From NCBI GenBank assembly GCA_041666325.1, contig JBAYHC010000001.1:329708-393707 (forward strand): a stretch of 64,000 bases of DNA. Direction: 5' to 3'. Source of the DNA: Patescibacteria group bacterium. GTDB lineage: Bacteria > Patescibacteriota > UBA1384 > XYA2-FULL-43-10 > 1-14-0-10-43-13. The position numbers and the translations under genes are program-made. The notes beneath the pieces are model-generated. The model saw only the letters and a list, made by a program, of their open reading frames with translations, made no database searches and was not told the origin of the DNA. Below are positions 44,667 through 55,119 of this stretch, in pieces (the first letter of the stretch is position 1; each line of letters begins with the position of its first letter).

Positions 44667-44723
44667 ATTACGTATTAGATATTAAGTATCATGCGGCGAA
44701 CCATAATACATACTACCTGACAC
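44667..44723. repeat. short heptamer-periodic palindrome between nrdD and nrdG
   Basis: TACGTAT-TAGATAT-TAAGTAT-CATG arm and CATAATA-CATACTA-CCTGACA arm. Confidence 0.55.
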
Positions 44724-44733
44724 TTGGTGCCGG

Positions 44734-46908
44734 CTATGCGACAAGGGTTGGCTGTTTTGTGTCAGATTGCTCTTGCGCCTTTTCGCTGCTCTTTAGCTTA
44801 TCGTGCTCCAAGCTCTTCTCCATACTATAGGTCTCGCGATCATCAAATTCGGCACGTTTACCGGGGTTCCATTGCTTAACTGGTCTGATATAACCAACGA
44901 TGCGCGAATATATTTCATTCTCTGAACCGCACTTCTTGCACTTCACAACCTTGCCTGGCATGTAGCCATGGTTGGGGCAAACCGAAAATGTCGGGGTGAT
45001 GGTGAAGTACGGCAGCTTGTAATTGTAGCAAACGCTTCTGACCAATGATTTCATTGCCTCGATATCCTTGATCTCTTCACCGATGAAGAGATGGACAACG
45101 GTACCACCGGTATATTTGGTTTGCAAGTCATCCTGCAGGTCCATAAGCTCAAAAACATCTTCGGTAAAATCAACAGGCAAATGAGAGGAGTTGGTGTAGT
45201 ATGGCGCTGCGCCGTACTCCTGGTACTCATACTCATTGGCAACCATGATATCGGGATAGCGTTTTTTGTCCAATGTTGCAAAACGATATGTTGTGCCCTC
45301 GCCTGGTGTGGCCTCAAGGTTATAGTAGTTGCCCGTTTCATCCTGATATTTGATCATTCTCTCGCGCATAAAATCCAGGACATCGCGAGCAAATTTCTGT
45401 CCTTCGGCTGTTGTAATATCTCGCCCAAACAAGTTGAGCGCTGCCTCATTCAAACCAAGAAGGCCGATAGTAGAGAAGTGATTTGACCAGTATCTATTGT
45501 CTCGTTTGAAGATATTGCGAAGGTAGAACTTGGCATAAGGGTACAATCCGCTCTCAGTGAATTTCTCCAAAATCTTCCGCTTCATCTCAAGGCTCTCTTT
45601 GGCTAAGTCCATGAGATAGCCAAGATTGTAATAGAATTCGTCCTTGCTGTGAGAACGATAGCCAAGTCTCGGCATGTTGATGGTGACAACTCCGATTGAT
45701 CCGGTTAGAGGATTGGCGCCGAAGAGTCCGCCGCCGCGCTTACGCAGCTCCCTGTTGTCAAGGCGCAATCGGCAGCACATGCTTCGCGCATCTTCTGGCT
45801 TCATATCAGAGTTAATGAAGTTGGAGAAATATGGAATGCCATACTTGGCTGTCATCTTCCAAAGGCCATCGAGATTTGGATTATCCCAATCAAAATCGTG
45901 TGTAATATTGTAAGTAGGGATAGGAAAGGTAAAAACTCTTCCCTTGGCATCGCCCTCTGTCACAACCTCACAGAAAGCCTTGTTAAACATGTCCATTTCC
46001 TTCTGGAATTCCTTGTAGGTCTCTTTCATGATCTTGCCACCGATGACAACCGGTTCATCCACAAGAGTTCCTGGGCAGGCTAGATCAAGCGTTACGTTCG
46101 TAAATGGAGTTTGGAAGCCGACACGGGTTGGCACATTCATGTTGTACATAAACTCCTGAATTGCCTGCTTCACTTCCTTGTACTCCAGCTTGTCGTAGCG
46201 AATATATGGAGCCATCAAAGTGTCAAAATTTGAAACCGCCTCTGCCCCGGCAGCCTCGCCCTGAAGAGTATAGAGCATGTTGACTAACTGGCCGAGAGCA
46301 CTCTTTAAGTGTTTTGGTGGACGGCACTCAATCTTGCCCTCTGCACCCTTGAAACCTTCTCGGAGCAGGTCTTGCAGATCCCAACCAACGCAATACACAG
46401 AAAGCTTGTCGAGATCATGAACATGAATATCACCCTCAGCCGCAACACGACGAATTTCAGGAGTGTAGATTTTGTTAAGCCAATAGCTCTTCGAGATCTC
46501 GGAGGAAACGTAATTATTCAAGCCCTGCAACGAGTAGGCCATATTGGAGTTCTCTTTGACCTGCCAATCTATATTGTTGATGTACTGGTCCATCAAATCA
46601 ACCCGCTGGGCCTCCGCCATCTCGCGCATTTCTGCGTGCTTCTGGCGATAGATGATATAGGCTTTGGCCGTGGTACGATATTTGGATGCCAACAGTACTT
46701 CTTCGACAACATCCTGCATCTCTTCAACAGTTGGAATTTTGCGCCTGATGACCTCAGGCAATCGATCAGTTATCTTTTTGGCCAATTTTTTTGCCTCGGC
46801 TTCTCCGAACTCTCCCGACGCCATACCTGCCTTTAGCACTGCGGTAACGATTTTATTTTCGTCAAAAGAAACGATTCTTCCATCTCGTTTGCGGATCTTG
46901 CTAAACAT
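44734..46908 (-). CDS. nrdD: class III ribonucleotide reductase with ATP-cone
   Basis: IRKRDGR ATP-cone, SMCCRL, Zn ribbon CPNHG...CKKC, glycyl-radical loop YSRIVGYIRP; start MFSK after AGGAGG. Confidence 0.95.
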   Translation of the reverse strand: MFSKIRKRDGRIVSFDENKIVTAVLKAGMASGEFGEAEAKKLAKKITDRLPEVIRRKIPTVEEMQDVVEEVLLASKYRTTAKAYIIYRQKHAEMREMAEAQRVDLMDQYINNIDWQVKENSNMAYSLQGLNNYVSSEISKSYWLNKIYTPEIRRVAAEGDIHVHDLDKLSVYCVGWDLQDLLREGFKGAEGKIECRPPKHLKSALGQLVNMLYTLQGEAAGAEAVSNFDTLMAPYIRYDKLEYKEVKQAIQEFMYNMNVPTRVGFQTPFTNVTLDLACPGTLVDEPVVIGGKIMKETYKEFQKEMDMFNKAFCEVVTEGDAKGRVFTFPIPTYNITHDFDWDNPNLDGLWKMTAKYGIPYFSNFINSDMKPEDARSMCCRLRLDNRELRKRGGGLFGANPLTGSIGVVTINMPRLGYRSHSKDEFYYNLGYLMDLAKESLEMKRKILEKFTESGLYPYAKFYLRNIFKRDNRYWSNHFSTIGLLGLNEAALNLFGRDITTAEGQKFARDVLDFMRERMIKYQDETGNYYNLEATPGEGTTYRFATLDKKRYPDIMVANEYEYQEYGAAPYYTNSSHLPVDFTEDVFELMDLQDDLQTKYTGGTVVHLFIGEEIKDIEAMKSLVRSVCYNYKLPYFTITPTFSVCPNHGYMPGKVVKCKKCGSENEIYSRIVGYIRPVKQWNPGKRAEFDDRETYSMEKSLEHDKLKSSEKAQEQSDTKQPTLVA

Positions 46909-46966
46909 TCCTCCTCCTAAACTAATTTCTCCAAAGGTCACTTAAAGGGGTGACGATTTTTAATTT

Positions 46967-47015
46967 ACCCCATATCTAGTACCAAGGACAACCTAACAGA
47001 TACTATATGTAGTGT
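46967..47015. promoter_or_regulatory. tandem NrdR boxes
   Basis: ACCCCATATCTAGTAC (46967) and ATACTATATGTAGTGT (47000) resemble ACACWATATATWGTGT; 33 bp apart, upstream of nrdD. Confidence 0.75.
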
Positions 47016-47160
47016 ATTTATCGTCAAAGTTATCAACATGACAGAATTTACTCTGGGAGCCTTAAAAAATGAAAAAGGTCGCCACTGGCGCCTAATATTT
47101 ATACCTTGGGGGCAAGTATAGCAATGGCTGAATACTTGCGGATGGCTTGCCGCCAGCCAC

Positions 47161-48921
47161 CTACTGCTTCTCAACTGTGAGCAATGCTTCCCCCACGTTG
47201 CCTGCCGCATCATACGCCTTTGCTTTTAGCGTATAACTACCGGGGCCGACATTCGAATAGTCCCAACGACGAAGAATAGCGTCTGCACTCTCCTCTGCGA
47301 CAAGTGAGTCATTGATATAAATTTCCACCTTAACAACAGCAACATTGTCGCTACCCTCAGCCTTGATGAGCAAATTACCGCTCGCCCAGTTATATGGATT
47401 CTCACTCGGCTTAGAAAAAGAAACGGAGGGCGATGTTGTGTCCGCAACACTAGTACTGGTCCCACCCGAGCTATCTGCTATCTGGGATACTCCCCCGGAC
47501 GAAGCGCTACTGTTGCTCGGTTGACCAGTCTGAACGATGTTTAGGCTGAATGATTTCTCTGACGAAACACCATCTGTGTCTATCGCCTTCGCCTTGAAGA
47601 CATATGTGCCGGAGACTAGGCCGCTAAGATCGACTGCAACCTCGTATGGATCAGCGATGTCCTCAAGCAAGACCGTATCGTCACGATAAAAGACAACTTT
47701 ACTGACCCCCCTGTCATCACTTGCGGCAACAACAAAATCGAACTGTTCCCCGAGAGTGCCTCCGTTTGTCGGTGATGTGATCTTAACACTTGGAGGAGAG
47801 TTTGATGGCTGGACTGGGGCAGAAGGCTCCGTATCCGACTGAAGACTGTCGACGATATTGTCCAGCCAGCTCTTCGTACCGGGACTCGAAGGCAGACCGA
47901 CGGTCGATTGCATCGCATGGTAATCATAGCCTGAATAAAAATAAGCGTAGTCTTCGGCAATAATCTCCGGCTCGCACGTCTCCCAGCCGGTCGAGCAATC
48001 AACTGTGGTCGCATCTTTGGAGAGGGGCCTCACGTTGTAATAGCTATCAGGAAATCGTGTCCCTGCCGCAAGGTCAGCGTCAACCCACTTGTGATAGAGA
48101 GTGTAATGATGTCCATACTCGTGAGCCAAGACTGCCTTCATATAGTCATCGAAGTAGGTGGAATCTTTGTAGTACGAAGAATTCAAGGTGATCCAACCGA
48201 AGGCAGAGGTGATATCGCCAGTAGAGGTCATCGTATACGATCCGTTGTACAGACCACTCCAACCCGTGTCGCCAGCATCGCGAACCGTAATTTCCTTAAG
48301 AGCACTGATCTCTCCGCTCCACTTGAGTGTATTGTTTAGATAGTCCTTTAGCAATTGCTCCAGGTCAGGATAGCGGCCTGTTTCATCGCTGAATTTAACA
48401 CCGTAGGGGTCGGTCTGACTACTGGTGATATCTGCAACGCGGTTGTACTCGCCCTGGCTAACATTACCCTCAGAAACAACCGTAGTCACAGTACCGTTCT
48501 CGTTCCTGACTACCTCTCCTGCAATCTTATTGGAAGACGTTTCTTGCTTGGGGGGGCTTTTGGCAATCTGTTTCTTGGCTTCGGGTTTAGGCTTGTCCTG
48601 AGATGGTGGTGGCGTTTCCTCTCCGGCAACAGAACCTGTCGTCGCGGCGGGTAGCACCGCATCCGCCTCTGACCCAGTTGCAACAATCGGAGCAAGATTG
48701 ACGCTCTGCAACCCTGAACCAGGATTGCCCCGGATCCAATCAACCGGATCAATACCGTGCTCAATAAAATAAGCTCCGACCAAGAGCCCGCCCGAAGAAG
48801 CGACTATCGCCAAAGACAAAATCGCCCTCTTGGTAAGAGGGCCTAACATCTGGCGAACTTTGCCAACAACCTTGGCCGGCAAAGACGCGAACCAAAAACG
48901 GTAATGCATATCGCCTTTCAT
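47161..48921 (-). CDS. membrane-anchored zincin metallopeptidase with two Ig-like domains
   Basis: N-terminal TM, low-complexity linker, LAHEYGHH and EIIAED, Big-type AKAYDAAGN modules. Confidence 0.8.
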   Translation of the reverse strand: MKGDMHYRFWFASLPAKVVGKVRQMLGPLTKRAILSLAIVASSGGLLVGAYFIEHGIDPVDWIRGNPGSGLQSVNLAPIVATGSEADAVLPAATTGSVAGEETPPPSQDKPKPEAKKQIAKSPPKQETSSNKIAGEVVRNENGTVTTVVSEGNVSQGEYNRVADITSSQTDPYGVKFSDETGRYPDLEQLLKDYLNNTLKWSGEISALKEITVRDAGDTGWSGLYNGSYTMTSTGDITSAFGWITLNSSYYKDSTYFDDYMKAVLAHEYGHHYTLYHKWVDADLAAGTRFPDSYYNVRPLSKDATTVDCSTGWETCEPEIIAEDYAYFYSGYDYHAMQSTVGLPSSPGTKSWLDNIVDSLQSDTEPSAPVQPSNSPPSVKITSPTNGGTLGEQFDFVVAASDDRGVSKVVFYRDDTVLLEDIADPYEVAVDLSGLVSGTYVFKAKAIDTDGVSSEKSFSLNIVQTGQPSNSSASSGGVSQIADSSGGTSTSVADTTSPSVSFSKPSENPYNWASGNLLIKAEGSDNVAVVKVEIYINDSLVAEESADAILRRWDYSNVGPGSYTLKAKAYDAAGNVGEALLTVEKQ

Positions 48922-48977
48922 CGCTTGTGCCTATGAAACCATTGCAGCAGATAAGATATCGGCCGATGTTGAAATTG

Positions 48978-49547
48978 TTAGTAGTGAATAATTTGATTGG
49001 TGGTTAATCGTTGACCCGGATCCCATGACTCGGAACCATTGCCCCGTGTTGCAACCAAGCCTGTGAGTAGAAGCTCAAAGTTCGCTATCGTCCGACCACT
49101 GCTAGTGTACCATTCACCGCTGCAATAGCGCATGCCCCGACCATATTCCCATGGTTTAGGCATCGAGGGCAGATAGGCGCTTAGGGCAACACCGAGATTG
49201 CGCGGACCGCTAGTCCACTCGAAGTGCTCATCGTTTGGCGAAACAGTCGGAGTCCAGCTACTGTGCGCACATAGGCCAGATCCAGCGTGCGTGTATGTCG
49301 TAAAGTCATTATAAGGAGCATGAGCCAATGTCCCTGTGTAACCTTGCCCGACCGGATAACGTTTGTTGTCGGCCTTAAACATAACCAATCCGCCCGCAAC
49401 AGCCTCTAGGTCGGCAATTCCGCGCGCATCCTTTGATTTCTCCTGAGCACCGTTGAAGTTGACAACGGCAACAGTTGCCAAGATACTAATGATCACCGCA
49501 ACAACCATAAGCTCAATTATCGTGAAACCCTTTTTCATAATTGGCAT
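48978..49547 (-). CDS. type IV pilin-like protein
   Basis: KKG|FTIIELMVVAVIISILA. Confidence 0.88.
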   Translation of the reverse strand: MPIMKKGFTIIELMVVAVIISILATVAVVNFNGAQEKSKDARGIADLEAVAGGLVMFKADNKRYPVGQGYTGTLAHAPYNDFTTYTHAGSGLCAHSSWTPTVSPNDEHFEWTSGPRNLGVALSAYLPSMPKPWEYGRGMRYCSGEWYTSSGRTIANFELLLTGLVATRGNGSESWDPGQRLTTNQIIHY

Positions 49548-49561
49548 CCATTTTTAGTTTG

Positions 49562-50113
49562 CTATAAACCAGTGCCTACGCGGTAATTCTTTTGCCATCC
49601 GGTCCTTGCCAGCTGATCGCAAACAGCACTATCGCTGGGATAGGTCTGCAAATCAGTATCGCTCGGTCTCTCCAATGTGGCGTAGAGAGAGTACTTGGCT
49701 GAATCAGTCTTGTATATGTAGCCACAAGCATCGCTGTCGCAGAGCGGATCCCTTTGAGCCGATGAAAGCACACCGGCCTCAATCAGGCCTTGGATAATCG
49801 ACTTATGATATGGATAGGTTGCGGCTCCTGGACCGCTATAGTTGAGCCAGCTAATATCTATCCCGCCCGAATCTTTTCCGCCCGTAGTTCCGATTTTGTA
49901 GCTGCCATTGTTGATCTTGTACATCTCAATAGCGGTCGAGATCTGCTTCAGGTCAGCCCTTCGCCTGGCGTCTCTGTTCCTTGCCTTGGCTTCACCGTAT
50001 TGAGCTACGGCCACCGTTGCCAAAACCCCAATAATGACAATTATGATCAGGAGCTCGATCAGAGTGAAGGCCTTCTTGTATCTCATATGTTTCATATGTT
50101 TATATCCCAGCAC
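49562..50113 (-). CDS. type IV pilin-like protein
   Basis: KKA|FTLIELLIIIVIIGVLA...RDARRRADL; true start probably a downstream Met. Confidence 0.88.
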   Translation of the reverse strand: MLGYKHMKHMRYKKAFTLIELLIIIVIIGVLATVAVAQYGEAKARNRDARRRADLKQISTAIEMYKINNGSYKIGTTGGKDSGGIDISWLNYSGPGAATYPYHKSIIQGLIEAGVLSSAQRDPLCDSDACGYIYKTDSAKYSLYATLERPSDTDLQTYPSDSAVCDQLARTGWQKNYRVGTGL

Positions 50114-50594
50114 AAGAAATTGACTTGTCTGTTGTGGTTAAGATATTAATTCCCGGCTCTTGCGTTGGGTTGATATGACTGAAATTAGAAGTGAGTGGAT
50201 AGTAGTAGTAGAAGGTGGAGGCAGCGTCACTTTTGCGCATGGTTATACCTGATCCTGTCCAATAGGTAGACGCCAGAACACTTGATCCGCTGACATATCT
50301 GTCCGATTCATAGTCGTAGTGGCCACACGGCGGCTGTGGCATCGCGCTTGAACTCATATAAGCGCTCATCTCAGCAGGCAAAACACCACCAGCAACATCG
50401 TAAGGATATCTATCGCTAGTTGACTCATACATCCTGGCAGCCTTGGCAAGCACCTCCATATCACTCACAATCCTCGAGTAATTGGCCTTATCCTTGCTGC
50501 TATACATCGTGACCATAACAATAGTCGCTAAAACCATGATAATGAGAACCACTACCAACATTTCAATGAGAGTAAACGCCCTTCTCTCCCTCAC
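50100..50594 (-). CDS. type IV pilin-like protein
   Basis: RRA|FTLIEMLVVVLIIMVLA; AAGGAGG RBS and GTG start. Confidence 0.88.
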   Translation of the reverse strand: MRERRAFTLIEMLVVVLIIMVLATIVMVTMYSSKDKANYSRIVSDMEVLAKAARMYESTSDRYPYDVAGGVLPAEMSAYMSSSAMPQPPCGHYDYESDRYVSGSSVLASTYWTGSGITMRKSDAASTFYYYYPLTSNFSHINPTQEPGINILTTTDKSISCAGI

Positions 50595-50627
50595 TTGCCT
50601 CCTTTATAGGACTAAAATCTTACTATA

Positions 50628-50656
50628 ATTTTAAACAATACTGCAGGCCTTGTCAA
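50628..50656 (-). promoter_or_regulatory. sigma70 promoter of the pilin cassette
   Basis: TTGACA, 17-bp spacer, TAAAAT. Confidence 0.8.
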
Positions 50657-50759
50657 CGACGCGCTACACAGACAAGGCACCACTAGCACCTTATCAGCGA
50701 CAGAAAAATCATGTTTCCGCCGAAGTCCAGGGGCAGTCAGGATATCAACAAGCACCAAA

Positions 50760-52856
50760 CTACAACCTGGTCTCAATCCGCTTGAGAAGAACCGCGTTGG
50801 TCGCAACAATGATCGATGAAGCCGACATGAGCAGAGCCGAGATCTCGGGCCGAAGGATTATTCCGTATGAAGTATAGAAAACTCCAGCAGCGACGGGAAT
50901 CGCGAGAATGTTGTAGATCGAAGCCCAAAACAGGTTTTGTTTCATCTTACCAACAGTCGCCCGGCTTAGCTTCAGGGCCCGAACAATATCATATGGATCT
51001 GATTTCATGAGCACGATATTGCCCGTCTCGATCGCCACATCGGTACCGGCACCGATAGCAATACCAATATCAGCTTGCGCCAAAGCAGGAGCGTCATTAA
51101 TACCATCGCCAACCATAGCCACAAACTCTCCCTCTTGTTGAAGTTTCTTTACATAATTTGCCTTATCTTGAGGCAAAACCTCAGCAAACACTCGATCGAT
51201 TGCCAGCTCTTCTCCGATTGCTTCGGCAGTTTGCTTATTGTCGCCCGTAATCATTGTCACGAAAATACCCAGCTTTTTTAATTCAGAAATTGTCTTTTTG
51301 GCGTTTGATCTGACGATATCGGCAGCCCCGAGCACACCGGTAACATGTCCATTGATGGCCAAGAGCATCAATGTTTTGCCTTCACCAAGCAACTTCTCGA
51401 TCTCATCTTGCAAGGGAGTAATATCAATTTTTCTATCGTTCATCAATTTGATTGTTCCGACAAGAACCTGGTCTCCTTCGACGGTCGCTTCAATACCTAG
51501 TCCGGACAGAGAAACAAAGTTCTCAATTTTCTTAGAGTAAGAAATAGACCTCTTCTCCGCTTCGTCGATGACTGCTTGGCTTAAAGGGTGGCCGGACCTT
51601 GATTCCGCTGCTGCCGCCAAACGAACTACGTCATCCGGCTTGAACCCCTTGGCGGTCACGACATCGGTGACCTTCGGCTTTCCCTCAGTTAAGGTGCCAG
51701 TTTTATCCAGGACAATGGCAGTAATTTTGGAGGTATTTTCGAGTGTCGCTGCATCCTTGATTAAAACGTTGTGCTTGGCACCAATGCCCGTACCAACGGC
51801 AATCGCCGTTGGTGTTGCCAGTCCCAAAGCATCCGGACAGGCAATCACAATCGCGGAAACGGCAAAAGTTAAAGCAGAGATCAGCGTTGCACCGGCAATG
51901 ACGTACCAGCTAAAGAAGGTCGCCACGCCAGCAACAATTGCGAGCACCACTAGCCAGGCAGCAGCACGATCAGCAATCCTCTGTCCTGGCGCCTTTGAAT
52001 TCTGCGCAATCTCGACCAACTTAATAATTTGGGCCAAGACAGTATTAGAACCAACTTGCGTCGCCTTAAATTCGACTGAGCCAGTCTGGTTGACTGAACC
52101 ACCGATAACTTTATCACCAGCAATCTTTTCCACCGGAATCGACTCACCTGTGACTAAAGATTCATCAACCGAACTTTTGCCCCCAACGATTTCTCCGTCC
52201 ACTGGCACTTTGTCACCCGGCCTTAGGACAACTATGTCGCCCTCGACGATCTCGGCACTTGGAATTGAAACTTCTTTACCGCTCCGAAGAACAGTTGCCT
52301 GAGGCGGGACCAGATCAAAAAGAGTGCGCAAAGCATCTGACGTGCCGCGACGGGAGCGCACCTCCATCCAGTGACCAAACAGGACAAAGGTTACCAAGAG
52401 AGCGGCAGCCTCGTAAAAAGTCTCACCTCCAACAGTTAGGGTTATGAGAACGCTAAACAGAAAAGCGGCGAGGACCCCAGTGGCTATCAGAACAGACATG
52501 TCTAGCTTTTTGCTCTTTAGAGAATGATAGGCACCGACCACAAAGATAGATCCGGCCCAAAAGACAACCGGCGTTGTCAAAATTAGCAAAATCCAATTGA
52601 CAGGAATTGGTGCTGGCAGGTCAATTCTGAAAATATTTGCCCCTACTGGCGAATAGAGAAAAATCGGAATTGAAAGTATAAGGGAAAGCCAAAAACGGCG
52701 GCGCATATCCGCCTCCATCTCTTTAGCCATCTGCGGATTAGTCATGGCTGCTTCGTGGTCCGCGTGAGACATTTTCGACATGTCGTGGTTCATGTGGTCG
52801 CTCTGCTCCATAGTACCCATCTCGTGCCGGGAGCGATCATTCAAATCGTGATTCAT
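50760..52856 (-). CDS. copper-translocating P1B ATPase with His/Met-rich N-terminus and CPD motif
   Basis: [37 protein letters not shown] and MSASS helices. Confidence 0.92.
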   Translation of the reverse strand: MNHDLNDRSRHEMGTMEQSDHMNHDMSKMSHADHEAAMTNPQMAKEMEADMRRRFWLSLILSIPIFLYSPVGANIFRIDLPAPIPVNWILLILTTPVVFWAGSIFVVGAYHSLKSKKLDMSVLIATGVLAAFLFSVLITLTVGGETFYEAAALLVTFVLFGHWMEVRSRRGTSDALRTLFDLVPPQATVLRSGKEVSIPSAEIVEGDIVVLRPGDKVPVDGEIVGGKSSVDESLVTGESIPVEKIAGDKVIGGSVNQTGSVEFKATQVGSNTVLAQIIKLVEIAQNSKAPGQRIADRAAAWLVVLAIVAGVATFFSWYVIAGATLISALTFAVSAIVIACPDALGLATPTAIAVGTGIGAKHNVLIKDAATLENTSKITAIVLDKTGTLTEGKPKVTDVVTAKGFKPDDVVRLAAAAESRSGHPLSQAVIDEAEKRSISYSKKIENFVSLSGLGIEATVEGDQVLVGTIKLMNDRKIDITPLQDEIEKLLGEGKTLMLLAINGHVTGVLGAADIVRSNAKKTISELKKLGIFVTMITGDNKQTAEAIGEELAIDRVFAEVLPQDKANYVKKLQQEGEFVAMVGDGINDAPALAQADIGIAIGAGTDVAIETGNIVLMKSDPYDIVRALKLSRATVGKMKQNLFWASIYNILAIPVAAGVFYTSYGIILRPEISALLMSASSIIVATNAVLLKRIETRL

Positions 52857-52920
52857 GATAAATCTCCTCCAGCAAACAGGTGTATACCCTTGTTGTCAAA
52901 ACGTAATAATACCCATATCG

Positions 52921-53748
52921 TCAATTGGCAGGACGATGCTTCATTGTACACGCTTCTTCGTGCCGTCCTTTTTCTTCGCGAACTAGTTTGCCGTCCTCAA
53001 TGTAAAGCACCCGATGGGCAACGTCTTTGATCCGCTCATCGTGGCTGACGATGATGACAGTTTTTTGCTGCTCGCAGCCGATCGAACAAAAAAGATTCAT
53101 CACCTCATGACCGATTTTTGAATCGAGATTAGCCGTCGGCTCATCGGCCAGAATTATTTTAGGATCATTCACAAGCGCTCGAGCGATTGAAACCCGCTGT
53201 TTTTCACCACCAGAGAGATCGCGCGGCAAATTGTCCAAACGTCTACCAAGGCCTAGCTTCTCCAGGGCAGCTTTTGCCTTCTTGAATGCCTCCCGTTTGT
53301 TAGTTCCGGCAGCAATCAATGGCACGGCGACGTTCTCGAGCGCAGTGAGCGAAGAAAGTAAGTTGAATGACTGAAAAACGAAACCAAGATTCTTAAGCCT
53401 GAACGCCGGCAAATCCCGCTCCGACATCTGAGTCAAATTGATTGCTTTCTCAATTGTCATTCCAGGCTTGACCTGGAATCCAGGATTTTTATTGATGGAT
53501 CCCTGAATCGAGTTCAGGACAGGCTCTGAATCAAGTTCAGGATGACAATTGAATGTAATCTCGCCAACCGATGGCTTGAGTAGTGCTCCGATCATCGTCA
53601 AAAATGTTGTCTTCCCACTGCCACTCGGCCCCATCACCAAAACAATCTCGCTCTCGTTGATTTCTAGCGAAATATCATCCACTGCCTTCACTTGCGTGTG
53701 GCCGGAACCGTAAACTTTTGATAAATTTTTGATTTCTAATATGCTCAT
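52921..53748 (-). CDS. ABC ATPase (LolD/MacB type) with in-frame palindrome insertion
   Basis: [28 protein letters not shown]; extra [17 protein letters not shown]...KPGMT segment. Confidence 0.92.
   Translation of the reverse strand: MSILEIKNLSKVYGSGHTQVKAVDDISLEINESEIVLVMGPSGSGKTTFLTMIGALLKPSVGEITFNCHPELDSEPVLNSIQGSINKNPGFQVKPGMTIEKAINLTQMSERDLPAFRLKNLGFVFQSFNLLSSLTALENVAVPLIAAGTNKREAFKKAKAALEKLGLGRRLDNLPRDLSGGEKQRVSIARALVNDPKIILADEPTANLDSKIGHEVMNLFCSIGCEQQKTVIIVSHDERIKDVAHRVLYIEDGKLVREEKGRHEEACTMKHRPAN
53451..53551. repeat. REP/RPE-like palindrome inserted in frame
   Basis: CAATTGTCATTCC...GGATGACAATTG termini; CCAGG-CTTGA-CCTGG hairpin; two tandem CTGAATC(G/A)AGTTCAGGA units. Confidence 0.85.
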
Positions 53749-54860
53749 GATTTAAACACCTCTGCCGGATCGATCGAGAAGATCCGTTTCATCGGGATAT
53801 AAGCAGCAATTAATGACATCAAAATAGTGGCGGCAAAGATCCAAACCAGATCAACTGGACGGATGACGGTCACAAAGGAGGAGACGATGTTTTCAGAGAC
53901 ATAGGCGACGCCGTATGACAAAATCATACCGATAATGTAGCCGATGACGCCGGCAATAAGTGATTGGATGATAACTGTTTTAAAGAGTTGGCCGTTCGAG
54001 AGACCGATCGCTTTCATCACCCCATACTCGCGTGACTTTTCGATCGTGGCCGAATAAGTTGTGAGGCCAATTACGGCGATTCCGATAATCAGACCAATGA
54101 CAACCAGAACAGAGATGATCGGCAAGAAACTCTCCGTCACCACCTTGCGCGAGTTCTCGACGAATTCATCCTTCGTGAGAACTTTAACGCCCGTGACCTG
54201 CTTTTCGATATCGGACTTAACTTCTGATGCATCAGCGCCTGACTCCAAGCCGAGCAGGTAAAAGTTGACCTTCTCACCCAGACCAAATGACTTTTTCGCC
54301 TGATCATAGGTCACATAGGCATATTGGAAGGAAATGACGTTGCCACCACTTGAAATCCCACCGACCGTAACACTTTCCCCATTGATATCAAAAACATCGC
54401 CAACCTTCAGATTTTCCTCTTTGGCCATTACTCTATCGATGATAATTTCGCCATCTTTCAGATCCTGCCAGCTACCCTCTTCCATCTCATAAGGCTTGGT
54501 TGCCCCGCTCTCGGGATCAACACCGACGATAAATAATGTCTGGTCCTTGCCATTGAGGTCGAACATGACCTGCCGGCCGAGATATTTATCCACCCTACCC
54601 ACACCATCAACTGATAAGAATTTTGAATCCAAATTATTCGGCAAAAACGAGAGCGTGTGGTACATATCACCCACACCCTCTTGCTCAACCCAAAGATCAG
54701 CCGGAATGCTCTTGGGGTACGCCCCCATCTTTTCATTAAAACCCTGGTAGAGACCGTTGATTATAATGATTAAGAGCACAGCAAAAGCAACGCCGCCGAC
54801 GCTGATCGCCAACTTCACTCTTTCCTGAAACAGGTTTTTGAGAGCTATAAAAAACAACAA
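53745..54860 (-). CDS. ABC permease (FtsX/MacB family)
   Basis: TM1, extracytoplasmic domain, REYGVMKAIG, IDPAEVF. Confidence 0.9.
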   Translation of the reverse strand: MLFFIALKNLFQERVKLAISVGGVAFAVLLIIIINGLYQGFNEKMGAYPKSIPADLWVEQEGVGDMYHTLSFLPNNLDSKFLSVDGVGRVDKYLGRQVMFDLNGKDQTLFIVGVDPESGATKPYEMEEGSWQDLKDGEIIIDRVMAKEENLKVGDVFDINGESVTVGGISSGGNVISFQYAYVTYDQAKKSFGLGEKVNFYLLGLESGADASEVKSDIEKQVTGVKVLTKDEFVENSRKVVTESFLPIISVLVVIGLIIGIAVIGLTTYSATIEKSREYGVMKAIGLSNGQLFKTVIIQSLIAGVIGYIIGMILSYGVAYVSENIVSSFVTVIRPVDLVWIFAATILMSLIAAYIPMKRIFSIDPAEVFKS

Positions 54861-54878
54861 CCCTCCTCGACCATGCTA

Positions 54879-55010
54879 CTATTTGTTGATGTATTTCCAG
54901 AGCGCAACAATACCCAAAACGAGCAAAGCAACGAATAAAATATAGGTAATCCAAGCAAAAAACATCATGCTCGATCCCCCTGCCCCGCCCATCATATTGT
55001 AATCCATCAT
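54879..55010 (-). CDS. 43-aa Met-rich single-TM protein (not in ORF track)
   Basis: GGGAGG RBS; MMDYNMMGGAGGSSMMFFAWITYILFVALLVLGIVALWKYINK. Confidence 0.75.
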   Translation of the reverse strand: MMDYNMMGGAGGSSMMFFAWITYILFVALLVLGIVALWKYINK

Positions 55011-55119
55011 TCTACCTCCCCTGCTTAGTATTTATACTATAATATCACGACAATACTCATTATGATAACAAAAATAACAGTGATTCAACCAAAGAGACTA
55101 CTGGAGCGCTAGAATCAGC

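Noticed and set aside
50084-50101. CATATGTTT tandem repeat at a pilin start as a phase-variation tract
   Set aside because: Only two in-frame 9-bp units, so a copy change would not switch expression
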